NCBI GenBank assembly: GCA_002269645.1
Contig: NIVC01001145.1
Location: 1 to 64,000 of the forward strand
Length of the DNA: 64,000 nt
Reading direction: 5' to 3'
From: Macrostomum lignano
Taxonomy: Eukaryota
Position numbers and translations under genes: made by a program. The notes under the pieces were generated by a model. That model did not search any database and was not told the origin of the DNA. It worked only from the letters and a program-made list of their open reading frames with translations. Shown piece by piece: positions 1-10,916 of the stretch (positions within the stretch are counted from its first letter, which is position 1; every line of letters starts with the position of its first letter).

Positions 1-237
1 ACAGACAGCAAGAGGAAATTCACGCAAAGCTGTAGTATTGCAGGTGGATAAATAGAGGTGCATTAGTGCGGGCTTTTACCGGAAAGCCTAAGGCTAAATA
101 TAAGGGTGCAGGCTTATCATAATGCATCGCATAAGCATGAGCACGTAGAAACATAGCTTATAGCTTTTATCCGGAAAGCTTAAGGAGAGGGGAATGAAAC
201 CGCTTTGACAGGAAGCAAAGGTTACATTAAAGAATCT

Positions 238-315
238 GCTTTTACCCTCAAGCATAAGGTTTACAGTAGAGAAATTGCTTTTTCCTTCAAGCATAAGGTT
301 TACAGTAGAGAAATT
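238..315. repeat. Two-copy 39-bp tandem duplication in the retroelement 3' non-coding region
   Basis: gcttttaccctcaagcataaggtttacagtagagaaatt (238-276) is followed by gctttttccttcaagcataaggtttacagtagagaaatt (277-315). Confidence 0.85.
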
Positions 316-515
316 TGAAGTAACCTTCAGCACATTAGTGGGTGCAGAGAAGGTTTTACAGTGGCAGGGAAAATAAACGCATTCGCAAATGTGACTATTG
401 ACAGTAGTGCGCAGAATAAAATTCGCAGAAAAAGGCGCATATGGAGAAATTTCGCGTTAATTACCTTGAATTTTGACCTCCATTCCAATGTCTGGCAGGT
501 CCGGATCGTCTTCTT

Positions 516-2030
516 CTAGCACTTTGGGATGGCGCAGGCTCGACTCAAAGAGCTGGCTGCCTTGCGCAGATCAGGCTGAGCAGCGGTCTGCGGCTCCGGT
601 GCGGGCTGATTAACTGAATCTGTTTCGCTTTCCTTGCTGGACTCGTAGGGCAACATCGGCCGTTCAGTTTGTTGCGGCGGCTCCTGCGGTCGTTCAGCCA
701 TTGTTTGCGGCACTTTGATAATATTGTTCCGGTGTACAAGCACTTCAGTTGGGCATCCTCGTGCTGTGGCAGGTCTGATCCAATAGGCAACTTTGCCAAC
801 TTTCTTCACAACTTTATACATGCTCTTATATGGCCAGTGAAACTTGGGCAACTCTCCCAGCTTGAGCTTCGGGTTGGCCAGGCAGACAAGATCTCCGGGC
901 TGCAGTTCCACAGGTTTTGGCTGGTTCTCATAGTACTCTTCTCGCATTGGATTTCTGCTCTCAGTCGCTGTCTCACAATACGTTCAGTTTTGGCCAGTCT
1001 ACGCTGATGTTTGGCAATGTACTCCGGGAGGTCAGCTGATATGTCTAGGCGGTCCAGGGTGTTGTCGATAGGATATTGGTAGGGCACTCCATAAACAACA
1101 TAGTGCGCGAGAACCCGGTAGTACAATTGACAGCAGATCTTAGTGCAGTCAAAGCGGCTGGCAGCATCTTGTCCCACTGTTGATGATCTTCTAGGAGACA
1201 GGTGAGCACCTTCTTAATATTCTTCTTACACGATTCGGCTTGTCCGTTTGCCCAGGGCGAGTATGGTGGCGTCGTTGTCTGCCTGATGCCGTAGACTTCG
1301 CAGAAGTGTCGGAACTCATGCCCTGTAAACTGCTTGCCTTGATCTGAATGAATCCAAGCAGGGATTCTGGTGATTGGAAAGACTTGCTCTTGCAGGAGCG
1401 TGATTATTGTTTTGGCACGCTGGTTCTTCATGGCGAAGGTAAAGGGGTACTTCGAGGTGGTGTCGACATAGGTGAAGATGTACTTCTTGCCTTGATTTGT
1501 CGGATCTCCAGTGGGGCCCAGGATGTCGATCGCGCATCGCCCATAGATTTTGCAGACCGGGAACGATTGTACATGTGCCGGAATTCGTTGCCGTCCTTTG
1601 CTTAAAGTGCAGGTCTAGCAGGAAGCAACGTAGTCGGACACTGCTTTGGCCAAGGCAGGTCGCCAGAATCTTTCGCACACTTTAGTGATGGTAAGGTCTC
1701 GGCCCATGTGTCTGCAGTAGGGCGAACCATGCAAGTCGGCAAACACGGTGGCATCGAGACTCTTTGGCAGGATGATTTGCGCTTTGTCCTCTTCTCCGAT
1801 ATTGTCGAGATGTATAACCAATAGTCCATCGTCTCGGACTTCTAATTGCTCATAAAATGCTAACAGATTTCGCTTGTCTCTTGTCATGTTCAGACGTTGG
1901 TTTATTGGCAGTTTCAGTTGTCGGGTTTCCAATAGATTGATCACCATGGCGATGGCAGAGTCAGCACGCTGATAGGTCTGGAGCTCCTTGCAAGTGACTG
2001 GCCTCGGGATATGATCTATTAGATTCAGAG
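516..2030 (-). pseudogene. Gypsy integrase region (disrupted)
   Basis: Zn finger LHGSPYCRHMG...VASC*TC; core domain YVDTTSKY, IHSDQGKQF and YSPWANGQAE; C-terminal LQPGDLV...KFHWPYKSMYKVVK. There is a stop at 1615-1617 and a frameshift near 1050. Confidence 0.9.
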
Positions 2031-2699
2031 TACGGCATCTGTCTATAGGATTTGCTGGCGTGGCATCGGCTGTGGCGGCATGGTTCGGGTCAGGAGCTCC
2101 CTATGCATGGTCGCTACTTGGACCAGTGGCCGGGCTGTTGCTGTATTTGAAGGCCAATCCATGTCGGTGGCTTTGGCGTCACTGTCGTTGGAGTTTGAAT
2201 CGTCAGCAGATAATGATGAGTCAGTGGAGCTGTCGGCGTCACTGCTGAATCTCACCTTCTTGAACTTAGGGTAGCAAGCGGGTTGGCAGCAGTCATCTCT
2301 GGCTGCACTGTGGTCGCTGTCCTCATCACCTTTAGCTAGTAATCGGCGGCTCCTAGTGGGGCAACATGTCGAACTGCTAAAGCTGGTGGGCGACCTCTGA
2401 GTCCCGATAACAATTGGCAGTTGGCCTCGGCTTCGTTGCCGGCGGTTGCAGCTCTGTCAGCGGCTTGCTGTCAGCTGTCAGTGTTGCTGGCGGCGTAGCC
2501 TCGCCATTGGACTCATTTGATTTCATCGGTGGCTTTCGTCGGTGACGGCGGGTTGGTCGCTTCTTGCTTGGTGGAGGACTAGGGTGGTTGCTGTCATGGA
2601 CCTTTGGCGCCGCTGCGCCAGTTATCGCGGCTGGCTGCTTACTTTGGTCCTCGACTGCGGCCTCACGCTGGGCCTCCTCCATGCATTTAGCATTGTCCT

Positions 2700-4920
2700 C
2701 GGGCCATCTAGAAAGGCTGTCGGCGTTCTGATGCTAACTTAATTTTCGGTGCTGGATCTCGAACTCTAATTTGCTCAGGCGTTATAGCCATCTTCCAAAG
2801 ATTCCTATTTGTTGAGTTTGCCTTAAGATCCAGGTTAATGCGGCATGGTCGGTTCGGCAGATGAACTTCTTGGCTAGCAGGTAGAAGCGGAAATGTCGCA
2901 TTCCGTCTATGACTGCCAATAGTTCTTGCTTTGTAATCGGATAGTGGGCTTCGGCTGGCTTGAGTCGCCGGGAGAAATAGCCAATTGGGTGCTCGATTCC
3001 ATCAGCTTGGCTTTGGCTCAGGCAGGCTCCAATCCTGGTCGCAGAAGCATCCGTGTCCAAGATAAACGTTACTTCAGGATCCTCGCTGAACTGCAGATAT
3101 GCAAGCACTGATGTTGAAGTCATAGCGGCCTTGAGCTGGTCAAACGCATCTTGTTGGGCTTTTCCCCATAGACAATTGAAATTCCAAATTTTCTTTTCTT
3201 TGATCAAATCATGGAGCGGAGCTGCAAGTTCTGCGTAGCCGGGTACAAATTTAGCATAATAAGTGCACGCGCAGACAAAGCTTTTGAGTTGGCGGGCTGT
3301 TCTTGGTCTTGGCCAAGTTTTGATTGCTTCAATTTTTGCCAGGTTGGTCTTGATGCCGTCCTTAGTTACTAGGTGTCCCAAATAATTTAGACTTTCCCGA
3401 AATAAATGGCACTTCTTGCCTTTGAACTTTAAGTTGGCATCTTGCACTCATTTGAAAACCTCTTCCATATGTTGAAGATGGTCGTTGAACTTCTTGGAGT
3501 AGACAATGACATCATCTAAATAGGCAATTGCACTTTTGTAGGCTATCCCGTTGAGCACAGCATTCATAAGTCTCATGAAGCTGGCTGGAGCTGAGCTGAG
3601 TCCCATGGGCATAACATTATAGGCGAATTGTCCGCAGTGCAGCGTGGCGAAGGCAGTCAGATCTTGATCTTCTGGACGCAGTGGAATCTGATAGTAGCCA
3701 CTGTTTAAATCGAATGTACTAAACAGCTGGCTTCCTTCGAGGCTGGCGAATGCTTCTTGAATGTTATGAATCGGGTAAGGAAAGTACTCACATTTCTAGT
3801 TTAAGCTCCGAAAGTCTTGTACAATCCTCAGGCTGCCGTCCTTCTTCGGGATGATCACCAGTGGGGTGTTGTAGCTGGAAAAACTTGGTCTGATCACACC
3901 TTTGGCAAGAAGATCATCTAGCAGCTGATCCACCTTTGGTAACAGATGTGGCAGAATCTTTCGCATTGGCAGGTGTACCGGATACTTGTCCTTTAGTACG
4001 ATGTTATGGGTGACCAGATGAGTTTGGCCGAGATCGTGTGGCCCTTGGGAAAAGATGTTATTATACTTCTTTAGCAGCTCAATGACTTGAGCGTGCTGGT
4101 CACTAGACAGGTCCTCGCCGATATCGATCTCCTTGATCCAAGTGTCCGGATCTTCATCTTGGATTTGCTTGACGGAATCTTCTGACTTCAGTAGTGGGAA
4201 GAACTGTAGCTCGGGCAGTCTTGCTATCCCGACTAGGGCATTCGCTCGCACTTTGATGGCTGTAGTGCCTCGATTGATCATCTCAATTGCGCCTTCTCCA
4301 TTCGCCATTGATATCAAGGCAGGCATGGCGTCCAGATGCTGCACATTGTCTTCGTGCCAAGCCGGTTTCAGCGGCTCAATCACAGCGGGTGTCCCTTGGT
4401 TTTCTTTGGATCCTTTTGCTAATTTGATTTTGATTTGGGCTGAAGATAATGGTGGCACAGTAGTGCTCTCAGCTGTATAAATTCTGCACGTGGTAGCTTC
4501 AGTTCGCGTGTAGCAAAGTGGTGCGGCAGTGCCGTCCTTGAAAAACAGCATCCCGGCAGCGAGATCTAGTGAGGTGCTGTACTTCTCTAGAAACTCGAAA
4601 CCTAGGATGTTGTCGTGAGATCCGACTAGTAGAAACTTAACTGTCGGCTCAAAACTTCCGATTTTAACTTTCATAGTTAGTTGGCCTGCCATCTGAATTG
4701 GTTCGCCATTGTAGGTCACGATGTGTTGTTGGCAGGGCTCAATTTGGCCACGCAGGGTTGGGTCATCAGTACATAAACGGTGCCAGGTGCTGAGTCTTAA
4801 GACTTTGCACTTGGAGCCAGTGTCAAGTAGAAAAGCAAAATAGCGGCCCTGAATCTCACCAGTTAGAAATGGATCCCTTTGAGGTTGCTTGGGTGCAGAG
4901 TTCTGCACAGGTGCGGAGGC
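2700..4920 (-). pseudogene. Gypsy pol: aspartic protease, reverse transcriptase, RNase H (disrupted)
   Basis: Motifs FLLDTGS, ILGFEFL, KKDGSLRIVQDFRSLN, FDLNSGYYQI, MPMGLSSAPASF, AYLDD, DTDAS and NADSLSR. In-frame stops at 3796, 3448, 2782 and 2734. Confidence 0.93.
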
Positions 4921-4924
4921 GGTC

Positions 4925-6161
4925 TTAGCAGGGGACTTTAGTGCTGGCGCGGCTGCTGGATGGTGCTGCCCCAATGGCGCGTCCAGCCATCGCGTTTCCC
5001 AAGCTGCCGTTGTGCTGGGATGCGGTGCTGGCCAACCATCGGTGTGGGCACTCGACGGCGCGGTGCTCACGGTTGCACCTGTAACACATTGCACTCTGCC
5101 GCCGCAACTGATAAGGCGGCTGGCGCAAACTCGACTGTTGCTGCGGCTGCTGCTGCAGCTGCCGACGTTGACCTCCTGCTGGCGGCGTTCTCGGCGGCGG
5201 GTTGCTACTGCGCGGGTTGCTGAAGTTGATGGAACTGCTGATGCTGCACATGGTGTGTGCCGGGTGTCGTAAATTGTGCGCTTCCGTTGGCGCTGCGGCG
5301 AGGAGTTGTAGGTACCAAACATCTGGAGCGTTGGCCCCACAAGTCCCGCGGCTGATGGCAAGCTGGTTTCTATGGCTCCGGGGTGTCGTTGTCGCGCGAT
5401 CCCCACAAGTAGAACTCTCGCATTTCATTGCTTAGCGTTTCAAGAATTCGTTGCTGCTCCTGCAGAGTCTCAGTTTGTTGTTCCATCACTTCACGCAACC
5501 AGTTTTCCTCGGGTCGAGATGACTTGGCGTCGTGTTGCGCCACAGTGGGTGTCTGACTGTTGTCATTCTCGAGAACTCGTACATGTCTCGCTGCTGGCAG
5601 CGGTGCTACTCGCTGAGCCAAGCTAGCTGCTGTCTCTAGGCATAGCACAGCCCTTCTCGCAGCAGTCGGATTCTGCAGTCTCACCAGGAATAGCTGTTCT
5701 CGAGCCGACTGGGCAATTCGCACTCCTACCGTGAACTGGTCCACCAGCTCAGCTTGCTTTTGCACCAGAGTAAAGTGCAGGAACGCTTTGTCGGCCAGAG
5801 CAATTAATCAATCGCCATAGTCATCTACGCTCTCATTCTTGCCTTGTTGGCAGCTTCGGAATTGCTCGGGATACTCCAGCGTGTTGGCCACGTGCGTGAA
5901 CCGCTCAGACAACCGCTGTTTGAACTCACTCACCAAACGTTAGGTTGTCTGGCAGCTCCATCCTGACGACTGCGGGATAGGTTGTGGCAATGTCCAAATT
6001 CACAAGGACCTCCGCCTTCTTACGTCTGTTGTCTGTGATCCCGTTGAGCTCGCATCGCTCCTCCAGGGCCTGGATCCAGACATCAAATTCCTGGTTCTGA
6101 GTGTACCATTGAATCTTGACCAGTTTTGGCGCTGGAGCTCGATCCTGCTGCTGGGGCTGCT
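4925..6161 (-). pseudogene. Gypsy gag, 3' portion (downstream of the LINE insertion)
   Basis: EFDVWIQALEERCELNGI, then a 4-nt duplication (gagt gagt, near 5926) causes a frameshift. The major-homology-like QQGKNESVDDYGD*LIALADKAF has a TGA at 5808-5810. The Zn knuckle CYRCNREHRAVEC is a CX2CX3HX4C variant. Confidence 0.85.
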
Positions 6162-9100
6162 TTCTTTTCTTCACTCCGACCTCCGACCGCCCGCAGGCGG
6201 CCGGGGCGGGGCCGGGTGGCCGCCAGGGTCGTCGATGGGCGGCTCGGTCCGACCCACCCTCTTGAGGTAGTCACAGATGAGGGCGCCGCCACCCTCGAGA
6301 ATGTCGTTCCAGGAAATGACCACCCCGCCCCAGGTGCGGATGCGGGCCTGGTGGTGGCAGGGGCAGTAGAGCATAAGATGATCGACCGAGTCTGGTTCTC
6401 CGCAGTCGGCGCATTGGTCGTTCTGAGCGAGGCCGAACCGACACAGGGTGTCGCGAGTCAGGGGGGATTTCTTAGTGCGGATTTGGCTGACCGTCACCTG
6501 GCCCCACCTGGGAAGGTCATCGTGGCCTGGCGTCAGAGTCAGGTGCGGATGCGTGCGGTCCCACGCAGTTCTCCAATTGGGCAGTACGTGGCGGACGGCA
6601 TTTTTGGCGGAGGCCTGGGAAAGTTACGTGGTGTTCGGTTCCAATTCTGCAGCTTCGCGGGCGAGGGCGTCCGCTGCCTTGTTACCAGCAATGTCCGCGT
6701 GGCCAGGAACCCATTGGAAGTGGAGCCTGGTCTGAGCTGGGAGGTCGGTGATGAGTTGCCAGATCGTGAGGACGAGCGAATTAGTAGAACGGTACGGGCC
6801 TTGGTTGATGGCCTGAAGGCCTGATAGTGAGTCGGTACAGATGTGAACCGAGAGCCGCGGGTTGCCGATGGTGTCGAGGGTTTGACTTAGGGCTCTTATC
6901 GCTGCCTCGATGGCGACCAATTCAGTATGGGTGCTACTGCACCACTTTCCGGCTTGCTGGCGGATGGACATGCGGAGTGCCTCGATGGATTCGGCAGTGA
7001 GGAGAGCACCTCCGCCGGCAGCAGCGCCGTCCGGGCTAACGGAGCCGTCCGTCCAGATGGTGCAGTCGGCGCTCGGTAACAGGGCCAAGGTGGCTTCTGC
7101 CGCAGCACGGCGGGCCTCCAGTGGGTCGGATCTTTTGGTCGGCCGGGCGAGATCGGTAGCGATGGTGATCACCTGGTCGGCTAAGTGCCACGGCGGGAGA
7201 GCCGGGTAGTGCTGGCGGTCTATGTCTCCGATGTGGATACCGGCAAGGCTCAGGAGCCACAGGCCTACTCGTCTGAAGCATGGCCGGTGACTCAAGACGA
7301 TGTCTTCATCGTGGAGGTCCGTGTCGACGGGCCGGTCCACTGGGCCTTCACGCTCCCAAGCTTCGTGGGCTCTGTAGCGGAGGCGAGGGGCGACTTAGGC
7401 TACCATAAGGGTACGGGCCGGGTCGTCGTCCGGTAGGCCGAGCAGGCGAATGAATTCGTTTGCGGCTAAGGTTTTGGCTCGGATGCTGAGGGCTGGTAGT
7501 CCGGCCTCGGCGAGTAGGCAGCGTCATCTCGTGATGCCCAGACAGCTGGTAATAATTCTGGCGCATTTGTTTTGCTCGGCCTCGAGTTTGAGGCACGCCG
7601 TTGGTGCCGCATGATTGAAGTATAGTGCCGCTCCGTAGTCAAAAACCGACCGTACGTAGGCCATGTAGGCCGCACGTAGGGTGCGATGGTGGGCGCCATA
7701 GCTCTTGCCAGCGAGCACTTGGATGCATCGACGTCGGTCGGCCATTTTCTGTCGGACCATCTCAGTGTGTGGCGAGAAGGTGAGTTGGTCATCCAGCTTG
7801 AGTCCTAGGAATGTCGGCGTGGGGTCATAGGCGAGGTCGTGGTTTTCAAGTCGCAGAGCGGGTCGGACTTTGCCGCCGCACTCGGTAGGATCGAGGGTAA
7901 AGGTTGAGTAGGCACACTTGGAGTGGCTGAGGCTCACTTTCCATTTACGGGTCCAGGCAGCCGCTTGGTCAAGGGCGGGTTGCAGTTTGTCAGCGCAGGC
8001 AGCGAGGGAGCGTCCTGTGGCAAGTAGCGCGGTATCGTCTGCGAAAAGTGAGCGGTGTACGTTCTCGGCCATCTCGGCATCAATGTCGTAGGCATATATA
8101 AGCCAAAGGAGGGGGGCGATCATGGATCCTTGCGGGAGGCCGTCCGTGAAAACTCTCCAGTTCGAGGTCGCACTGCCCCATCTAACACGTGCACGACGGT
8201 CTGCAAGGAAGTTTCTCAGGTACCGAATCAGGTGCTTGGGAATACCTAGCCGGGCCATCTTGGCGTACAGGGCTGGTCGCCACACTTTATCGTATGCCTT
8301 AGCGAAGTCCAGGAGAACGAGGATAGCTCTCTCCGGTTTTCTCTGTTTGAAGGCGTCAAAGATGGCTTGGGTAATGCGGGCGAGCTGGTCCATGGTCGAG
8401 TGGCCTCGTCGGAAACCCGCTTGGTTCCGGTTGAGGAGGCCTCTGGTGTCCAGCCAGTGATAGAGTCTGTTTTGTAAGAGGCGCTCCATGAGTTTGCTGA
8501 CGCAGCTAAGGAGAGATATAGGTCGGTAGGAGCTAGTGGCGCTCGGGTCTTTGTCTTTTTTCAGGATGGCGATGATTTCGGCCCGGCGCCAGGCAGTTGG
8601 GACTGAGCCAGTGAGCCAGCTACGGTTTAGTAGTTCCAGGAGGGCGTTCCGGCCTGCGTCGCCGAGTTGTTTGAGGAGTTCGTTGCAGACGCCGTCGGTT
8701 CCTGGTGATTTGCCAGTCTTGAGTTGATGGATCGCGACGTTGAGTTCGCCGATATTGAAAGGGCTGCAGATCTCCGTCCTCAGTCCGTTGCAGGGGCAGT
8801 CGTTGGTGTTGCTCGCCTTGTGTGCCTCGATGACGACGGGTCTGTCTTCTGGTCTAGACTTTGGGAGCCGGGAGACCGTCGCGTAGTCGGCACAGAATAG
8901 TTCGGCTTTCTCTTTATCCGTGATGGCTTTGGCGGGTGGATTCCCGGGATCGTGGTTCTTGGTGAAGATAGTCGAGGGGGTGGCGGTCGGTCGTCGGCCG
9001 TCGCTTCTCGGAAGTGTAGGGTTTTCTCCTCCTGGATGACTCACTCGGCAGTGGCCTTAGCGTCCTGGTACGCTTGGAGGGCCTGGGTATCCAGGGGGGC

Positions 9101-10657
9101 GGTCTGAACAGCCAGGCGTGCCGCTTCGCGGAGGTCGACAGCAGCTTGGCATTTCTCGTTCCAAAAAGGCGATCTCTGTCTGGGGCCGTCTCCGTAGGGG
9201 ATAGATGACCTAGCGGCCTTCAAAATAGAGTCGGTGAGGGCTCGGTTGACGCTTTCGATGTGTGTGGGCGCTTGGATGTCGATTTGCTTGAGAAGTTCAT
9301 CAGATTTTTTGTGGAACGCTGACCAGTCGGCTTTTTGAAATTGAAACGGCCCCTGCGGGATCGTTGGTGCGGGGGCGATTTCGTGGAGATCTTGATCCAG
9401 ATAGGGAGGTGATCTGATCCGACATCGCCCCTGTCTGCCAGGTGGTCCTGCCGGCCAGGTCGGCCGTGGCAAAGGTGACGTCCGGGGTTGATCGGCCTCC
9501 GGTGGCTGGGTTAATGCGAGTGCAGCTGCCGTCGTTGAGCAGAGCCAAGTTCAGGCGGCAGCTCCAGTCGTCTAGTTTTTGGCCTAGTGTGTCTTCGCGC
9601 TGGTGGCGGTCCCAGGCGGTCGCGTGGGCATTGAAGTCGCCTGCCACGATCGAGTTGGGGCCTACCGCAAGGGCCTCTGGGTTCATGTTTTGCTCGGGGT
9701 GTTGTCCCTGAGGGCTCTAGTGGCCGGCGGCGAGTAGACGTTGATCAGCACGATGGGCTTGCTCGAAGTAGACGGGTAGATCGAGGTGGAGCTGCAGAAA
9801 GTGAGTTGGTCGGCAGGAGATTGGTACGGATTGTTGTGGGGTTCGAAAGGGACATCGTCACGAACGAGCGTGAGGATGCCCCCTTGGTTCGGCTGTCCGC
9901 GGCATTGGTCCGGGTTCTCGTAGTCAAGGCGGGCTGTGGCGTTGTAGCCTGAGAACTTTGGTGGGCGGGAGCTCGGTCGCAGGAAAGTTTCTTGAAGAAG
10001 GACCGCGTGGGGTTTGAGTCGGTCTAGGGTGGCGGCAAGCTCGGTCGTTCTCGCTCCGAGGCCATTGCAGTTAAGTTGGAGGATAACAATGTCGGTGGGC
10101 TTTTGGGTCAAGTCCGGTTCGGTTCTGTCGGTCTGACTGGTCGTGGTTTTGTCATTGTTGGCGTTAGGGCTCTGGGCGGCAGTTTGGCGTTGGCGGTGAT
10201 CGCAGTGTTGGGGCGTCTCGGCCGTGCCTGGTGGGCTGGAGCTGTTCGGTGTGCGGTTACAGGCTTCACAGACCCAGTTACTACCTTGTCTGGCGAGTCT
10301 CCTAATTTCAGTGTTGCTGATGTTAATACAGGCTCTGTGGGACCACGTGCGGCAGCAGGTGCACTCGAGGGCACTGACTCTGCCGACGTTTCGTCCGCAT
10401 GATCCACACAGCCAGGTGGGTCCCAGATTGGGCTCGACGTCTCCGGCTCGGAGGACCAGGGACGCGAGGGCCAGGCAGGTGAGGGCCGGGACCAGGATGG
10501 TGAGCGACGTTCTCATGGGCGGAGGCTTCCCCCTGAAGCGGCCGGTAGTGCAGGCCGCAGGTGGCAGTCTCCAAAAGAGGTGAGTGTGACTAGGACAATT
10601 GGCACAGAGGGAGGCCTCTGTGGCGCCACCCCCACGGGAAGGGTGTCCTATTGACGA
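6162..10657 (-). mobile_element. Ingi-clade non-LTR retrotransposon, full length, nested in Gypsy gag
   Basis: Exact 14-bp TSD ctgctggggctgct at 6148-6161 and 10658-10671. Removing the insert rejoins gag in frame (..HVYQQPQQ|QDRAPAPK..). The single-ORF layout is 2A-like, PHD, APE, RT, RNase H, CCHC, with a short GAAGAAAAGAA tail. A single ORF with RNase H, 2A and a 5' HDV-like fold is the known Ingi architecture. Confidence 0.88.
6171..10516 (-). pseudogene. Ingi ORF (2A-like peptide, PHD finger, APE endonuclease, RT, RNase H, C-terminal CCHC), disrupted
   Basis: ATG at 10516; GDVEPNLGP; C4HC3 PHD (CGSC/CTCC/HRAC/CEAC); APE motifs QLNCNG, LLQET, GDFNAH and SDHLP; RT motifs YRPISLLS, QAGFR, GLPQGS and LFADD; RNase H motifs WTDGS, ELVAI, TDSLS and WVPGHADIAGNKAAD; CADC...HLMLYC. 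In-frame stops at 9041, 7524, about 7390 and 6624. There are -1 frameshifts at homopolymers near 9690, 9430 and 9334. Confidence 0.9.
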
Positions 10658-10658
10658 C
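10591..10658 (-). ncRNA. Candidate HDV-like (CPEB3-type) self-cleaving ribozyme at the LINE 5' end
   Basis: Folded by eye on the minus strand: P1 GUCGUC/GGUGGC (6 bp, 3 G-U), J1/2 AA, P2 UAGGACA/UGUCCUA, P3 CCC/GGG, L3 UUCCCGU (CPEB3 has UUCACGU), single-pair P1.1, P4 CACAGAGG/CCUCUGUG, J4/2 CCAAU. G1 coincides with the element boundary. Confidence 0.7.
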
Positions 10659-10846
10659 TGCTGGGGCTGCTGGTACACGTGGTGATGGTGTTGTGGCTGG
10701 CCCAGGCTGTTCTGCTCCAAGCACCGGCGCACCTCGTCGGTCACCGCGCGAATCATCTCGTTGTAGGTCGGTCTGGTTGCTGAATTGTCTGAGCCCGCGA
10801 CGTCGGCTGTCGCGTCCGCGGCCGTTGAATTAGTTGCTGAAGCCAT
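10658..10846 (-). pseudogene. Gypsy gag, 5' portion (MASATNS...HVYQQPQQ)
   Basis: The ATG at 10846 lies about 40 nt downstream of the PBS. It joins the 6161-5926 gag segment in frame across the TSD. Confidence 0.8.
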
Positions 10847-10887
10847 AGCATTGTAGTTTCTAAATGACTCGTCAAATGGATTGTGGT

Positions 10888-10915
10888 GTTTCGATATCCC
10901 ACTTAGCTGACACCA
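10888..10915 (-). other. Primer-binding site, tRNA-Leu type
   Basis: The minus strand reads TGGTGTCAGCTAAGTGGGATATCGAAAC. The complement of the metazoan tRNA-Leu(CAA) 3' end is TGGTGTCAGAAGTGGGATTCGAACC, so they match with small insertions. The site is preceded by CA plus 1 nt, the canonical LTR end. Confidence 0.75.
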
Positions 10916-10916
10916 A

